Shown here: positions 8,821 through 17,766 of the stretch, one piece after another
How positions within the stretch are numbered: the first letter of the stretch is position 1
Layout of the letters: each line of letters starts with the position of its first letter
Made by a program: the position numbers and the translations under genes
Assembly (NCBI GenBank): GCA_021835845.1
Contig: JAKBJU010000001.1
Location: forward strand, 12,908-76,907
DNA: 64,000 nucleotides
Source of the DNA: Pseudomonadota bacterium
GTDB taxonomy: Bacteria; Pseudomonadota; Gammaproteobacteria; Burkholderiales; JABEVD01
Reading direction: 5' to 3'
The notes under the pieces: generated by a model
What the model saw: only the letters and a program-made list of their open reading frames with translations
Database searches by the model: none
Told to the model about the DNA's origin: nothing

Positions 8821-9285
8821 TTGAAAAGAAAGCAGCTAGATCGTACTCTTTTAGATTGGATTAAATCAGAAGGAGGGCGTAACGCAATACCTGAGACTGC
8901 ATTGGATGATCATGTGGTTCTTGGTCGATTTAATGCTGGCATGCTAGCTATCCTAAAATGCGTTGATTTAGAGATTGTTACCTCCGTAGCAGTTTTGGAT
9001 AAAATGCTGTTCGATCATGGTATTAGCATTAATAAATTAGAGCGGTTACATAGCCTGATCTGCTCTCCCATAAAAGTCTATCAATCTGCGACACAATCAA
9101 CTTCTGTTGTAATAATGACAGTTGAACTTCACCGAGGAAAACCTATTCTGCTACCAATATGGTTAAATAAACCGGGGGCTACTGGAAAACCGCCTATGCA
9201 TTGGCTATCAAGTGGCTATACGAAGGATAATCCAAATTGGCAGTCAACTTGGGATTCTAAAGGTCTGTTGCTTTGGCAGAAATAA
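8821..9285 (+). CDS. Hypothetical protein in the AT-rich cargo pocket
   Basis: 154-aa ORF with a TTG start after AAGGGGG. Local GC is much lower than the rest of the island. No motif recognised with confidence. Confidence 0.45.
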   Translation: MKRKQLDRTLLDWIKSEGGRNAIPETALDDHVVLGRFNAGMLAILKCVDLEIVTSVAVLDKMLFDHGISINKLERLHSLICSPIKVYQSATQSTSVVIMTVELHRGKPILLPIWLNKPGATGKPPMHWLSSGYTKDNPNWQSTWDSKGLLLWQK

Positions 9286-9491
9286 AAAAGCCTCAGTGTG
9301 TGGATACCGAAGCTCTAATTGCTGAAGTATTTGTCACACCCCTAAGGCTCTTCAATCCTAGTCAAAAATTTCTTAGTTGTCAAAGTAATTTATACACAAC
9401 CAGTACGCCACCGCATACAATCTGTCTGTATCCATCTGATTATAACGGTAAATCTCCTGTAGTGTGGGGCGGCTTCCCGCCCCTGGCTGAT

Positions 9492-9884
9492 TTAAGCTGC
9501 TCTTTTCTTCTTCGAAGCGCTCGAAGCAGCTGCGACTGCGCGTTGAAGGTCTTGCTCGGCGAGGATGAACGGGTAAAGTTCTGACTTTTCACCTGCGGTC
9601 AGCAGCTCCAGAGTGTTCCGCACCTCTTCGCTGTCGCCGAGAATCGAAACAATCTGGTCATCGATCACGCGATTTTCGAAGTCGTCTGCATGATTCAGGA
9701 GCTTGTTCGCGAGGCGGCGGCATTCGGTCGGGGTGATATCTGATTGGAAACTCACCCCGGCTGTCCGGAGCCCAATCACCGAAACCAATGATCCTCTGTC
9801 ATTGTGCCAGCTGGAAAGGCTGACCTCGGATTCGTATCGGCGGCCCTTTTCCAGCGCGATTTCTCTGTTGTGAAAATCACTCAT
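9492..9884 (-). CDS. Hypothetical protein
   Basis: 130-aa ORF convergent with 8821-9285. Acidic with a K-rich tail. No recognised domain. Confidence 0.5.
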   Translation of the reverse strand: MSDFHNREIALEKGRRYESEVSLSSWHNDRGSLVSVIGLRTAGVSFQSDITPTECRRLANKLLNHADDFENRVIDDQIVSILGDSEEVRNTLELLTAGEKSELYPFILAEQDLQRAVAAASSASKKKRAA

Positions 9885-9927
9885 GATGTCTCCCTTCGTT
9901 GTTGAAAAAGTGTTTTAAAACAGTTTG

Positions 9928-10077
9928 TCATGCTCTCGCGAAACCATTAACTTTCAGGTCTGCGAGCTGCACCAGCCCCAGCACGATTTCGAAAACCGTT
10001 CCGGCGTCGTTGAGTGCCGGGCTCACGGTTCCGAGAGCCGCTACAGTCATGCTCAAAACGATCAATACGGTTTTCAT
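9928..10077 (-). CDS. Small exported or membrane peptide (49 aa)
   Basis: ATG 10077 preceded by GAGGAG. MKTVLIVLSMTVAALGTVSPALN looks like a signal peptide. Sits in an operon with 10089-10364. Confidence 0.35.
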   Translation of the reverse strand: MKTVLIVLSMTVAALGTVSPALNDAGTVFEIVLGLVQLADLKVNGFARA

Positions 10078-10088
10078 GTCTGGTCTCC

Positions 10089-10364
10089 TCAAGCGGCTTG
10101 GAATGCCGCGATTTGTTCGATTCTGGCGCTCCCCTGGCGCTGGCCGAAGAGTCGAATAACCCCTGCTGCCGCAATCGCTTTTGCCCCTTCCCACCCCCTG
10201 CGCTTCGCGCCGGTTTCCAGAGCTGCCAGATTGTGCGCTGTCGGTTTCACGTGAATCATAACTTGTTGATTTTGTGCGCTTTTACCTGCCTGTTGGTGAG
10301 CCTCGCGGGGGGCGCCCGAAGGGGGCGCGGTTTTGATGGTTTCCGGTTTGTTTCGAGTCGCCAT
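10089..10364 (-). CDS. Hypothetical protein, possible ribbon-helix-helix DNA binder
   Basis: 91 aa. GGAGG RBS 8 nt upstream of ATG 10364. VMIHVKPTAHNLAALETGAKRRG resembles an RHH strand-helix. Weak call. Confidence 0.45.
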   Translation of the reverse strand: MATRNKPETIKTAPPSGAPREAHQQAGKSAQNQQVMIHVKPTAHNLAALETGAKRRGWEGAKAIAAAGVIRLFGQRQGSARIEQIAAFQAA

Positions 10365-10832
10365 TTTTCGTCCTCCCTTTTCGTTTGCCTGCCTGTCGGA
10401 GCCGCCTCACCCTGATTTCCGGAAGGAGCGCGGGAGGTAAGCGAAAGCAAGGGGGGCATGACAGACGGAAAAAGCGAAAAACGGAATACCGGAGGCCGAA
10501 GGCCGAGGATATGCCGGATTTTCGCCCGGCTGGCGTGACGCCTTGCCATTGAGCGGGCGCGAGGGAAGGAAATAGGGTGGCTCCGAGAGGTAGGCCGAAA
10601 AGGGCCAAGGACGTGGGCGACTCGAAACGGTCTACCGGAAACACCGCGCTTGCGCGGGCGCTGCGAGGCGAAGCAACGGCAGCGCGAAGAGCCCGCCCGC
10701 TTGCGGGCGACGGCCTGGGGGGTTCCCCGCCCTCGGGCGGGGGTTGGTTTCACCAAAGGATACCTATGGTTAAGCGGCTTGCTGCTCCGCTAGTCTTCGT
10801 TCGGAAGCATGATCGTTATGAGCGGCAAGGGG

Positions 10833-11102
10833 TTAGGCCGGTCTGAATTTAAGCCGGAGAGCGACAGCGAGCCAGGCGACATTTGCGGAAATCCTGACCG
10901 ACGAAAAGACAATGGTGAGGGGCTGGTGAAGTGATGGATAGATATATCCAACTTCCCAAGCTCCCCAGAGCACATACCATGCCCATGCGATCCAGTTGAT
11001 GCCGCGAATTTCTCCATCTGCTCGAAGCTTGAAAAAGTTGGTCCAGGCGAAATATGCGCCGCCCGCTTCAAGCGTACTGTTAATCAAATCTGGTATGGTC
11101 AT
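10833..11102 (-). CDS. Small integral membrane protein
   Basis: 89 aa. Trp-rich hydrophobic segments. Immediately downstream of ardC. Confidence 0.45.
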   Translation of the reverse strand: MTIPDLINSTLEAGGAYFAWTNFFKLRADGEIRGINWIAWAWYVLWGAWEVGYIYPSLHQPLTIVFSSVRISANVAWLAVALRLKFRPA

Positions 11103-11152
11103 GGTGATACCCTTTCAAGAAAAAAAGGGCGGATTTCTCCGCCCGGTTTCCA

Positions 11153-12016
11153 TCATGCTGCGGCTTGCTGCTGCTCCTGAAATGCCATGATGTAGCCGTG
11201 CGCCTTGCTGGCCTGACTTGCTGCGGTGAAAATCGCCCGCTTGTCGTTCTTCAGTACCTTGAGCCACGAATCGATATAGCTTGCATGGTTGGGAATCTGC
11301 GAAGCGATAAACCCGGTTTCAGCATTGAGAAACGCGCTTCCAAGCTCCGCTACCAGTTCCTCGAATGCGTAAGCCTCGCTTCCGAATCTGCCGGAAAAGT
11401 CGCGGTTAAGGCGGTGCTTCGCTCCCGTCCAGTGGGTGAGTTCGTGGAGCGCCACGCTGTAGAAATCCTTGGCGCTGGCAAATCTGGCACGCTCCGGCAT
11501 GGTGATTTCGTCGGTCGAAGGACGATAAAAAGCCTTCTGTCCGGTCTCGTTGATCTTCGCGCCTGACGCCTTCAGGATCGCCTCGGCGGCCTCTACCTGC
11601 TCCCATTCGGTTCTGACGGTTGCGGCTGCTGGCCTCTCGATGCCGTCGATCTGGTCGAGGTTGAAAACCCAAAAAGGTGAGGCCATCGGGATTTCTTTCT
11701 CTTCTTCGGTTTCCTTGTCCAGGATTTCGAGCATCTTGAAATAAACGCAAAGCTCGCCTTTCTCGCCCTTCCTGACCTGTCCGCCAAGCTCTGCGGCTTG
11801 CTTGTAGGTCAACCATGCGTTGCTGCTGTAGCCGTTCGCTCTCGCTGCGCTCCAGAGAATCAGGGTGTTTATGCCGCGATAGGCTGCGCGGGTCTTATGG
11901 TTGATCGGCATGCCTCCTGCCGCGTCCTGCGTCCAGGTGATGCCCTCGCCCGTCGCGTTGGCCTCGATTGCGGCAATGATCGAATCGGTGATTTGCTGGT
12001 AGAGATCGGTTTTCAT
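11153..12016 (-). CDS. ardC: ArdC-like antirestriction protein (ssDNA-binding N-domain plus zincin metalloprotease)
   Basis: 287 aa. N-terminal DUF1738/ArdC pattern (YRGINTLILW, WLTYKQA..LGGQVRKGEKG) and C-terminal HELTHWTG zinc motif. Confidence 0.9.
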   Translation of the reverse strand: MKTDLYQQITDSIIAAIEANATGEGITWTQDAAGGMPINHKTRAAYRGINTLILWSAARANGYSSNAWLTYKQAAELGGQVRKGEKGELCVYFKMLEILDKETEEEKEIPMASPFWVFNLDQIDGIERPAAATVRTEWEQVEAAEAILKASGAKINETGQKAFYRPSTDEITMPERARFASAKDFYSVALHELTHWTGAKHRLNRDFSGRFGSEAYAFEELVAELGSAFLNAETGFIASQIPNHASYIDSWLKVLKNDKRAIFTAASQASKAHGYIMAFQEQQQAAA

Positions 12017-12124
12017 GGTCTAGCTCCTTGGTCGGTTAAAAGTGATGCTCTCGACCTGAAAGCTCTCTTCGCCTTCCCCTGTGGGGGACGGGAGGGGGAG
12101 ATAAAGACGTTTGCGGAGAATGAC

Positions 12125-12144
12125 AAAAACCGGGATTTTCCCGG
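12125..12144 (-). terminator. Rho-independent terminator-like hairpin upstream of ardC
   Basis: Minus strand reads CCGGG-aaaat-CCCGG followed by TTTTT. Separates the 12330-12629 gene from ardC. Confidence 0.6.
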
Positions 12145-12329
12145 CTTGCTTGTGATGCCCACGATCAGTTCCCCCTTCGCAAATCGACAGGGGGCTGATC
12201 CAGTGGGTATGCAATGACGGGAAGCTGGTGAGCTCGAAGCGGGTAAACGGCGTGATTTTGCTTTCTTGAGGCTGACCCCATGCGCGGCCCGAATGCCAGC
12301 CTTGCGCTGGCGTGATGGGCGCGGGAAGC

Positions 12330-12629
12330 CTAGTCGAAATCGATTTGAACCGCCCGGATCGAGCGTATGCGCTGGTCCGGGAAAGGGATGATTTCGGCTT
12401 GTTGAAGCTGTTGAAATTGCTGCAGCTGGTATTGGTTGCGGATTCCCGCCTTTTGCTGTTCCTCGACTTCGTGCCTGACAATAAAGAAGAGAGCGGCGGC
12501 CCTCATCGCGCCAAGCCATGCGAGAAGCGCGATGAAGCTCCATAAGCCGTGAGTTTTCGGCAAAATGTAGGCTATTGCGCCGGTCAGAATTGAAGCGGTT
12601 GCGACGACTTGAAGAAAGCGCGAAAACAT
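12330..12629 (-). CDS. Membrane protein, hypothetical
   Basis: 99 aa. Two hydrophobic helices then a Q-rich tail. Start overlaps the upstream stop (TGATG). Confidence 0.5.
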   Translation of the reverse strand: MFSRFLQVVATASILTGAIAYILPKTHGLWSFIALLAWLGAMRAAALFFIVRHEVEEQQKAGIRNQYQLQQFQQLQQAEIIPFPDQRIRSIRAVQIDFD

Positions 12630-12877
12630 CAGTCTAGCTCCTTGAATTTTTTCCAGAGAATGCAGGTTTTCTCGGTTGCCCAGTCCGCGAATCTCGAATT
12701 GAGCGCGTCGAGAAAGCTCCTACGCTGTTGCTGTTGTGCTGGAGCGGGGAGAGAAACCGTCCCGGTCCCGCCGGTTGCAAGCGCCTTGAGGTAGGCGCTC
12801 GCGGTCAAGCCTGCTGCGAGCGCCCGAGATTCGAAAGCCTGGGCCTCGTCGTCCGTGAAATCGATTGAGAGTTTCAT
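12629..12877 (-). CDS. Ribbon-helix-helix-like protein (MobC/CopG-like fold)
   Basis: 82 aa. MKLSIDFTDDEAQAFESRALAAGLTASAYLKALA fits strand-helix-helix. ATGA coupling with the upstream gene. Confidence 0.5.
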   Translation of the reverse strand: MKLSIDFTDDEAQAFESRALAAGLTASAYLKALATGGTGTVSLPAPAQQQQRRSFLDALNSRFADWATEKTCILWKKFKELD

Positions 12878-13647
12878 TGCGCCGCTCCGGGGTAGCTCAA
12901 TTCTTGCTGGGTGGTTTGCTGCTCCGCTGCCTTCGCCTTCAAGTAAGCCTGCATTGCAGCCGCTTTGTCTTCGGTGTTCTGCGCCTGCCCCTGCGCCTGC
13001 GCTTTCGATTGAGCGACAAGCTGATTGAGCGCTCCGTTCTCATCGATCAGCATTGCCGACATTTGCGCATTCTGGCTTGCAAGCGTCTGGAAGCCTTGGA
13101 CGTTGCCCGAAATGTTCGGGATTTGCTGTGCAAGTGCCGTGACGGCCTGCGACTTGTTTTGCAGGTCGGCGAGGTTCGCTTGAGTTGTTTTAAGCTGGTC
13201 GCTGTACACCTTGTTTCCGGCTGCGGCCTGCTGCGCGACATAGCCGTAGTATTGGTTGGGCGTCATGCCCAGCCGGGTCATCGTCGCAGCGTCCACGGAA
13301 ATGTTCTGCGTGACATTGTTCGCTGCGGCTTTCAGGTTGAGCAAGTCCTGGGCCATCGCGGCGTAACCCTGCACCCCGCCCATGCCTGCGCCCGCCTTCG
13401 CCATTGCGCCAAATTGCTGCACGTTTGCCGCCGCCCCCTGAAGGTTCTGCACCTGCGCCTGATACTGCTGCAGCTGAGTAATGTACTGCTGCAACTGGGT
13501 CGCCTGGATGCCTGCCTGCTGCGCGACGGATGCGACAAGCTCCGCATTGTTGGCAAGCTGGGTAATTTCGGTCGCCCCGCCCGTGACCCCACCCCCGGCG
13601 AATGCGGGAGCGGAAACGAGAAGAAGAAGAGAAAGGATTTTTTGCAT
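12874..13647 (-). CDS. Secreted Q-rich coiled-coil protein, TrbJ/VirB5-like
   Basis: 257 aa. Signal peptide MQKILSLLLLVSAPAFA, then ITQLANNAELVASVAQQAGIQATQLQQYITQLQQYQAQVQNL, which resembles the TrbJ/VirB5 N-terminal pattern. Family not verified. Confidence 0.5.
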   Translation of the reverse strand: MQKILSLLLLVSAPAFAGGGVTGGATEITQLANNAELVASVAQQAGIQATQLQQYITQLQQYQAQVQNLQGAAANVQQFGAMAKAGAGMGGVQGYAAMAQDLLNLKAAANNVTQNISVDAATMTRLGMTPNQYYGYVAQQAAAGNKVYSDQLKTTQANLADLQNKSQAVTALAQQIPNISGNVQGFQTLASQNAQMSAMLIDENGALNQLVAQSKAQAQGQAQNTEDKAAAMQAYLKAKAAEQQTTQQELSYPGAAQ

Positions 13648-13702
13648 GATGACTCCTTTTGGAAGGGTGATGGGGACAGTCTAAACCGCCCCCGGAAATC
13701 CA

Positions 13703-14659
13703 TTATTTGCCGGGCTTGCCGGGCATTTGCAGCTGCATCACGGTATTGGTCGGGTCGGGCGTGAGCGATTGCGAGAGTCCTCCGAAAAGTCGTCCGGTGA
13801 TTTGCGTCGCGTTCAAAATCAGGCCGAGGATCGCGAGGCTCAAGATCGACACGAAAATCATGAGGACCGTTGTCGGCATTGTCGATGAGCCGGTCTGGCC
13901 TGCGATTACGCCGATTTCGGTCACGATGTCGAGACAAAGCATGATGAGCACGCCGAGAACCGGTTTGTAAAAAATTGCGCCGACGAAAAAACCGATCCAG
14001 TTGCCCATCATCGACCGCAACTTGCCGATGATCGAGAGCGCAAGAATGATCGGGCCGAAGCAGAGGGCCAAATATATGACCACGTTTGCGATGAGCAGAC
14101 TGGCCCAGCATGCGGCCATAGCGCCGACGAGAATTGCGACTGCTGACATCATCACGACAAATGAACTAATCGAGTCAACAGCGGTAAGCAAGCTGCTTCC
14201 GAGGATCGCGAAGATAGAAGACGCATTCGAAGCGTTCGAAGCGTTCTGCGCGATGGACTGCGAAGACGGGAAAATCGAAGTCGAAATGGCTTTGACTGCG
14301 GGCGAAAAGTTCGCAATGACGAGATGTCCAAGTCCTTCCGACGTTTGCCCTCCGGTCGCGGCTTTAACGAGGTCGTCTGCGACAGACATAGCCGGATCGA
14401 CCGCGAGGGTTTGCCAGTGAAGAATGATTGCAGCAATCGCAATCGACGGGATGACGGCTTCGAAAAGCCGCTTCATCGCGCCTTTTCCGTCGTTTGAAAG
14501 CAAGATGACAAGGGCCGCGACAATCTCGAAGATGACCGCCGCGACAAAGACTTTTTCGGTCGTGTCCGAGGTTGCGAAGTTCATTGCAAAGGCTTTACCG
14601 TGCGTGTCAACGGTCGAGAAAACTTGATCGAGGACGGTGAAATCGAGGTACATGGTCAT
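13703..14659 (-). CDS. Polytopic membrane protein, TrbL/VirB6-like
   Basis: 318 aa from ATG 14659 (GAAGGAG RBS, ATGA overlap with the upstream gene). Five to six TM segments and a hydrophilic tail. Adjacent to the VirB5-like gene. Family not verified. Confidence 0.5.
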   Translation of the reverse strand: MTMYLDFTVLDQVFSTVDTHGKAFAMNFATSDTTEKVFVAAVIFEIVAALVILLSNDGKGAMKRLFEAVIPSIAIAAIILHWQTLAVDPAMSVADDLVKAATGGQTSEGLGHLVIANFSPAVKAISTSIFPSSQSIAQNASNASNASSIFAILGSSLLTAVDSISSFVVMMSAVAILVGAMAACWASLLIANVVIYLALCFGPIILALSIIGKLRSMMGNWIGFFVGAIFYKPVLGVLIMLCLDIVTEIGVIAGQTGSSTMPTTVLMIFVSILSLAILGLILNATQITGRLFGGLSQSLTPDPTNTVMQLQMPGKPGK

Positions 14660-14973
14660 GCTCCTTCGGTCGAGATGTGGACGCGGTGGTGATGCGCGAC
14701 ATGGTGCATGTGCGCCGCTGCATGCTGCGGTTTTGCTGGCGGCTGGGGGTGAACCGGGCCGTGGGTCAGCATTGCAAGTTCCATGAAGATGCCGAAAACG
14801 CCGACTGCTGCGAAGAGCTTGAGGTAGGGCCGGAAAATTATGTAGATGACGCCAGCGCCTGCGCAAATTGCGAGCGAGAGGGTGAAGCCTGCCCATGGGG
14901 CGCAGCCGAAGAAGAGGACCAAAAGTGCGGCAATCTTGACGTAAGTCGTTTTCTTGAATTCAGGCATTTTCAT
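14656..14973 (-). CDS. Small membrane protein with a His-rich C-terminal tail
   Basis: 105 aa. Three hydrophobic segments. Tail reads PQHAAAHMHHVAHHHRVH. Confidence 0.5.
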   Translation of the reverse strand: MKMPEFKKTTYVKIAALLVLFFGCAPWAGFTLSLAICAGAGVIYIIFRPYLKLFAAVGVFGIFMELAMLTHGPVHPQPPAKPQHAAAHMHHVAHHHRVHISTEGA

Positions 14974-15243
14974 GTTGTTTCTCCATTTTCGACCCGGCTT
15001 CCCGCCGTATGAATCGCGTTTTGTTTCGGCAAGGGAGGAAAGGCAAGAAATTCGACCGAAGCCGCAGCCCGAAGGGACCGGGTGACGGCGAACCCGAAGG
15101 GGGCGAAGCCTTACTTGCTTTTCCGAGCGCCGAAACGATCTTTGCGATTCGGGGCGGGATGCAGGGCGAAGGAGAATTGAAAATCCAAATTCAAAGACGC
15201 CCTGGTGCCGCTTGATTCATCTTCCCATGCGCCTGGGATACCA

Positions 15244-15471
15244 CTATTCGTGGGTGTCGAGCACGCGGAAAGCGTCTTCTGTGAATTCGGCTAAAGCTGC
15301 ATCGCCTCGGGTCAGCGCGTGAATCTGGATTGCTGCCAGCACGGCCTCAAGGTCAAGCCCGGCATCTTGTCGCAAAACCCGGATTGCAGAGTGCAGCGGA
15401 TTTGCGGGAACCCCAAGCTCACGAAGTCGTGCATGTCCGAGGTCTTGAGATGAAGTCAGAGTTGTTTCCAT
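15244..15471 (-). CDS. Hypothetical protein
   Basis: 75-aa ORF with a weak AGGA RBS. No recognised domain. Confidence 0.4.
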   Translation of the reverse strand: METTLTSSQDLGHARLRELGVPANPLHSAIRVLRQDAGLDLEAVLAAIQIHALTRGDAALAEFTEDAFRVLDTHE

Positions 15472-15480
15472 GATTTTTCC

Positions 15481-15507
15481 TTTCGAAAACCCCGCCCGAG
15501 GGCGGGG
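15481..15507 (-). terminator. Rho-independent terminator after the lipoprotein gene
   Basis: Minus strand reads CCCCGCC-ctcg-GGCGGGG followed by TTTTCG, 13 nt after the stop at 15520. Confidence 0.65.
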
Positions 15508-15519
15508 GGTGGGTGGGTT

Positions 15520-16326
15520 TCAGGGTAAAACGATGGTGTCGCCGACGCGGGGGGCCGTCGGCGTGACAACCGAGCCAGTGCCGCCCGCAAAGCGCTCGTA
15601 ATCGACCCGATAGCCGTCCGTCACGTCGCGGGTGACGTTGTGACACGTCGTGGTGGGCGTGTGCTGGATGTGGTCGCCGGTGAGCGCCCCGACAATAGCG
15701 CCGAGGGCTGCGGCTGCGACTCGTCCGTTTCCGTTGCCGATTTGAGACCCGGCCATGGCTCCGGCTGCGCCGCCCAGCCCGGCCCCCAGGTACTGGGGAT
15801 TTGTCGAGTTCTGCTGCTCGCAAACCTGCTGACTGACCTGGTGCGTGATGGGCACGACATCGATGACGCGGGCTGCATGCTGCCGAGCCTCGTTTGCGTT
15901 CGCGATCACGTCGGGCGGAAGCTGCTCGTCCTGCCGTGCCTCATGACGTGGACGGTGAGCTTCGCGGTGCTTGTGCTCCTTCGGCTTTTCCTCTGCCGGT
16001 GCTGCTGCCGGGGCGGAAGCTGCGGCCTGCCCTGCCCTGGCTTGCTGCAAAAGCTCGGAAAACTGCTCTTGCGTGAGCGTTACCTGGCCGGGACCCGATG
16101 CGACGGGGGCGGAGGCAGGAGCCGAAGCCGGGACCACGGCGGAAGCTGCAACGGGAGCCGAAACAGGCGCGGGAGCCGCCGGGACCACGGCGGAAGCCGG
16201 GGAAAGCGTGAGCGCCGAAGCCGGAGTCTTGGCCGGGGCGGTGGAGCCGCCGCCGAAGATTCCGGGCATGTCGCAACCGGCGAGGCCGATAGTCGCGAGA
16301 GCGACGATGAGAGCGGTTTTCTTCAT
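15520..16326 (-). CDS. Lipoprotein with Ala/Pro-rich linker and glycine-zipper (17-kDa antigen-like) domain
   Basis: 268 aa from ATG 16326. Lipobox LAGC. GAGLGGAAGAMAGSQIGNGNGRVAAAALGAIVGALTG glycine zipper. Confidence 0.7.
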   Translation of the reverse strand: MKKTALIVALATIGLAGCDMPGIFGGGSTAPAKTPASALTLSPASAVVPAAPAPVSAPVAASAVVPASAPASAPVASGPGQVTLTQEQFSELLQQARAGQAAASAPAAAPAEEKPKEHKHREAHRPRHEARQDEQLPPDVIANANEARQHAARVIDVVPITHQVSQQVCEQQNSTNPQYLGAGLGGAAGAMAGSQIGNGNGRVAAAALGAIVGALTGDHIQHTPTTTCHNVTRDVTDGYRVDYERFAGGTGSVVTPTAPRVGDTIVLP

Positions 16327-16327
16327 G

Positions 16328-16834
16328 TTACTGTCCTTTCGTGGTTTGAGGGATGATGAGGATCGCGCAAGCCGGGTCGCCAATCAGGTGTTGCGAGAGC
16401 TGCGCCCGCGCTTGAGCCAGCGGTTGAATGCATTGGCTTTTGACCGTAAAGCTCTTGTTGACGAGTGGCGCGGTGATGAGCGCCTGGCCGCCTGCTTGTT
16501 GCTTGATGAAGACCGGAGAAAAAGCTGTCTGCTGGTCCGTCGCTATGATCTCGTGGCAGCCGTATTTCTGCGCTGCCGCTTTGATCGCCGCATTCGTCGC
16601 TTCGCGGCTCGTCATGGTGCAGCCGAGGAGCACGGTTTCATGTGCCTGCGCGGGCTTCGCGCCTGCGGCGAGTGCGGCGGGAAAAGTGACCTCGACCGTC
16701 TTTCCGTCGCGGTTCGGTATGATGATCACGGGTGCGACGGCTGTCGCTTCTGTGCCGCCGGTCTGCGGGCTCTGCGCGCAACCTGCGACGATTCCCGCAA
16801 GTGCGAGTACGGCGATGGGTGTGAATTGTTTCAT
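16328..16834 (-). CDS. Lipoprotein, hypothetical
   Basis: 168 aa from ATG 16834 (AAGGAG RBS). Lipobox IVAGC. Confidence 0.65.
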   Translation of the reverse strand: MKQFTPIAVLALAGIVAGCAQSPQTGGTEATAVAPVIIIPNRDGKTVEVTFPAALAAGAKPAQAHETVLLGCTMTSREATNAAIKAAAQKYGCHEIIATDQQTAFSPVFIKQQAGGQALITAPLVNKSFTVKSQCIQPLAQARAQLSQHLIGDPACAILIIPQTTKGQ

Positions 16835-16887
16835 GTCTGCTCCTTTTTCGATGTGACAATCCAGTGTCTCACTGGTCCGAAAAACGA

Positions 16888-17661
16888 CTATTCGCGGTCG
16901 TCGGCGAAAAACCAGACGCCCCGGAAGCATTCGCGGTTTCGAATGCGGCGGTCAGCGAAGACTTCGCGAAGCGCTTCCGACTTGTGAACGATGCATTCGC
17001 CGTGGACCGAATCGTATAAACCGTTTACAGTGTTTTGGCCGTCGTAATAATTGCCAGCGGGCGAGTAGTCGGAAAGGCTCCAGGGCATTACTGCTGCGCC
17101 GAAACGCGGATTTTTCGGGTCGCGCACGTAAAGGCTGGGACAAACCCCGCGCTTCTCCCGGTCGCGTCCGTCGCTGAAATCGAAGAGCGACGGGATGAAA
17201 CAGATCGGAGAAACCGAGAAAGTGTTTTCTGTCGCAACCGAATCAGCGGCCACAATCTTTCCGGGGTGAGCGCCGTCCGGAAAAAACTCCATTGGTTCTA
17301 TATGGATTGCGAGTCGAGCCGTGGGCGGTGGCGGCGTCAAGCTGCGCGGCTGAGCTTGTGCCTGAATCCGCAACTCCGTAGCTTGATGCTGGTCGGCGAA
17401 GAGTCCGCCGGTCGCCGGTGTTGCGGCTGCTGGCTGAGCGGAAGCGGGAGCGTCGGGGTCTTGAAGGCCAAAAAAGAAGTAGTAGCCAAGTTTCTTTTCC
17501 CAGTGCGGTGCGGGCCCGAAGAAAATTCCGGTGGTGCTGTTGCCCTGGTCGCTGGTCGTCGCGCTCTTCGAAGAGAAAAGCGAGGATGCGCCGAAGGCGA
17601 TGACCGCGACGGCAATTCCGAGCGCTGCGAAACTCAGAACGGTTTGTGTTTTCTTGTCCAT
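16888..17661 (-). CDS. Exported or membrane-anchored hypothetical protein
   Basis: 257 aa from ATG 17661. N-terminal signal anchor (VLSFAALGIAVAVIAFGASSLF). C-terminal Cys-containing domain of unknown family. Confidence 0.55.
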   Translation of the reverse strand: MDKKTQTVLSFAALGIAVAVIAFGASSLFSSKSATTSDQGNSTTGIFFGPAPHWEKKLGYYFFFGLQDPDAPASAQPAAATPATGGLFADQHQATELRIQAQAQPRSLTPPPPTARLAIHIEPMEFFPDGAHPGKIVAADSVATENTFSVSPICFIPSLFDFSDGRDREKRGVCPSLYVRDPKNPRFGAAVMPWSLSDYSPAGNYYDGQNTVNGLYDSVHGECIVHKSEALREVFADRRIRNRECFRGVWFFADDRE

Positions 17662-17766
17662 GTCCTTTTCCTTTCCGGGGGCAGCGCCCCCGCTGTTGAG
17701 AGATGGGGGGCAGCGCCCCCCCCGTCTTGCCGCGACGCTCAATGCGTCCCGGACTCCGGGAAACTG

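Noticed and set aside
10256-10756. 166-aa and 120-aa minus-strand ORFs across the 10.3-10.8 kb region
   Set aside because: They have low-complexity Arg/Pro-rich sequence with no RBS and overlap the better-supported 91-aa gene (10089-10364). They are treated as non-coding.
12017-12124. Calling a definite Frpo-type ssDNA promoter upstream of ardC
   Set aside because: Only short hairpins are visible. I could not identify a long imperfect hairpin carrying -35/-10 boxes. This is kept as a hypothesis, not a feature.
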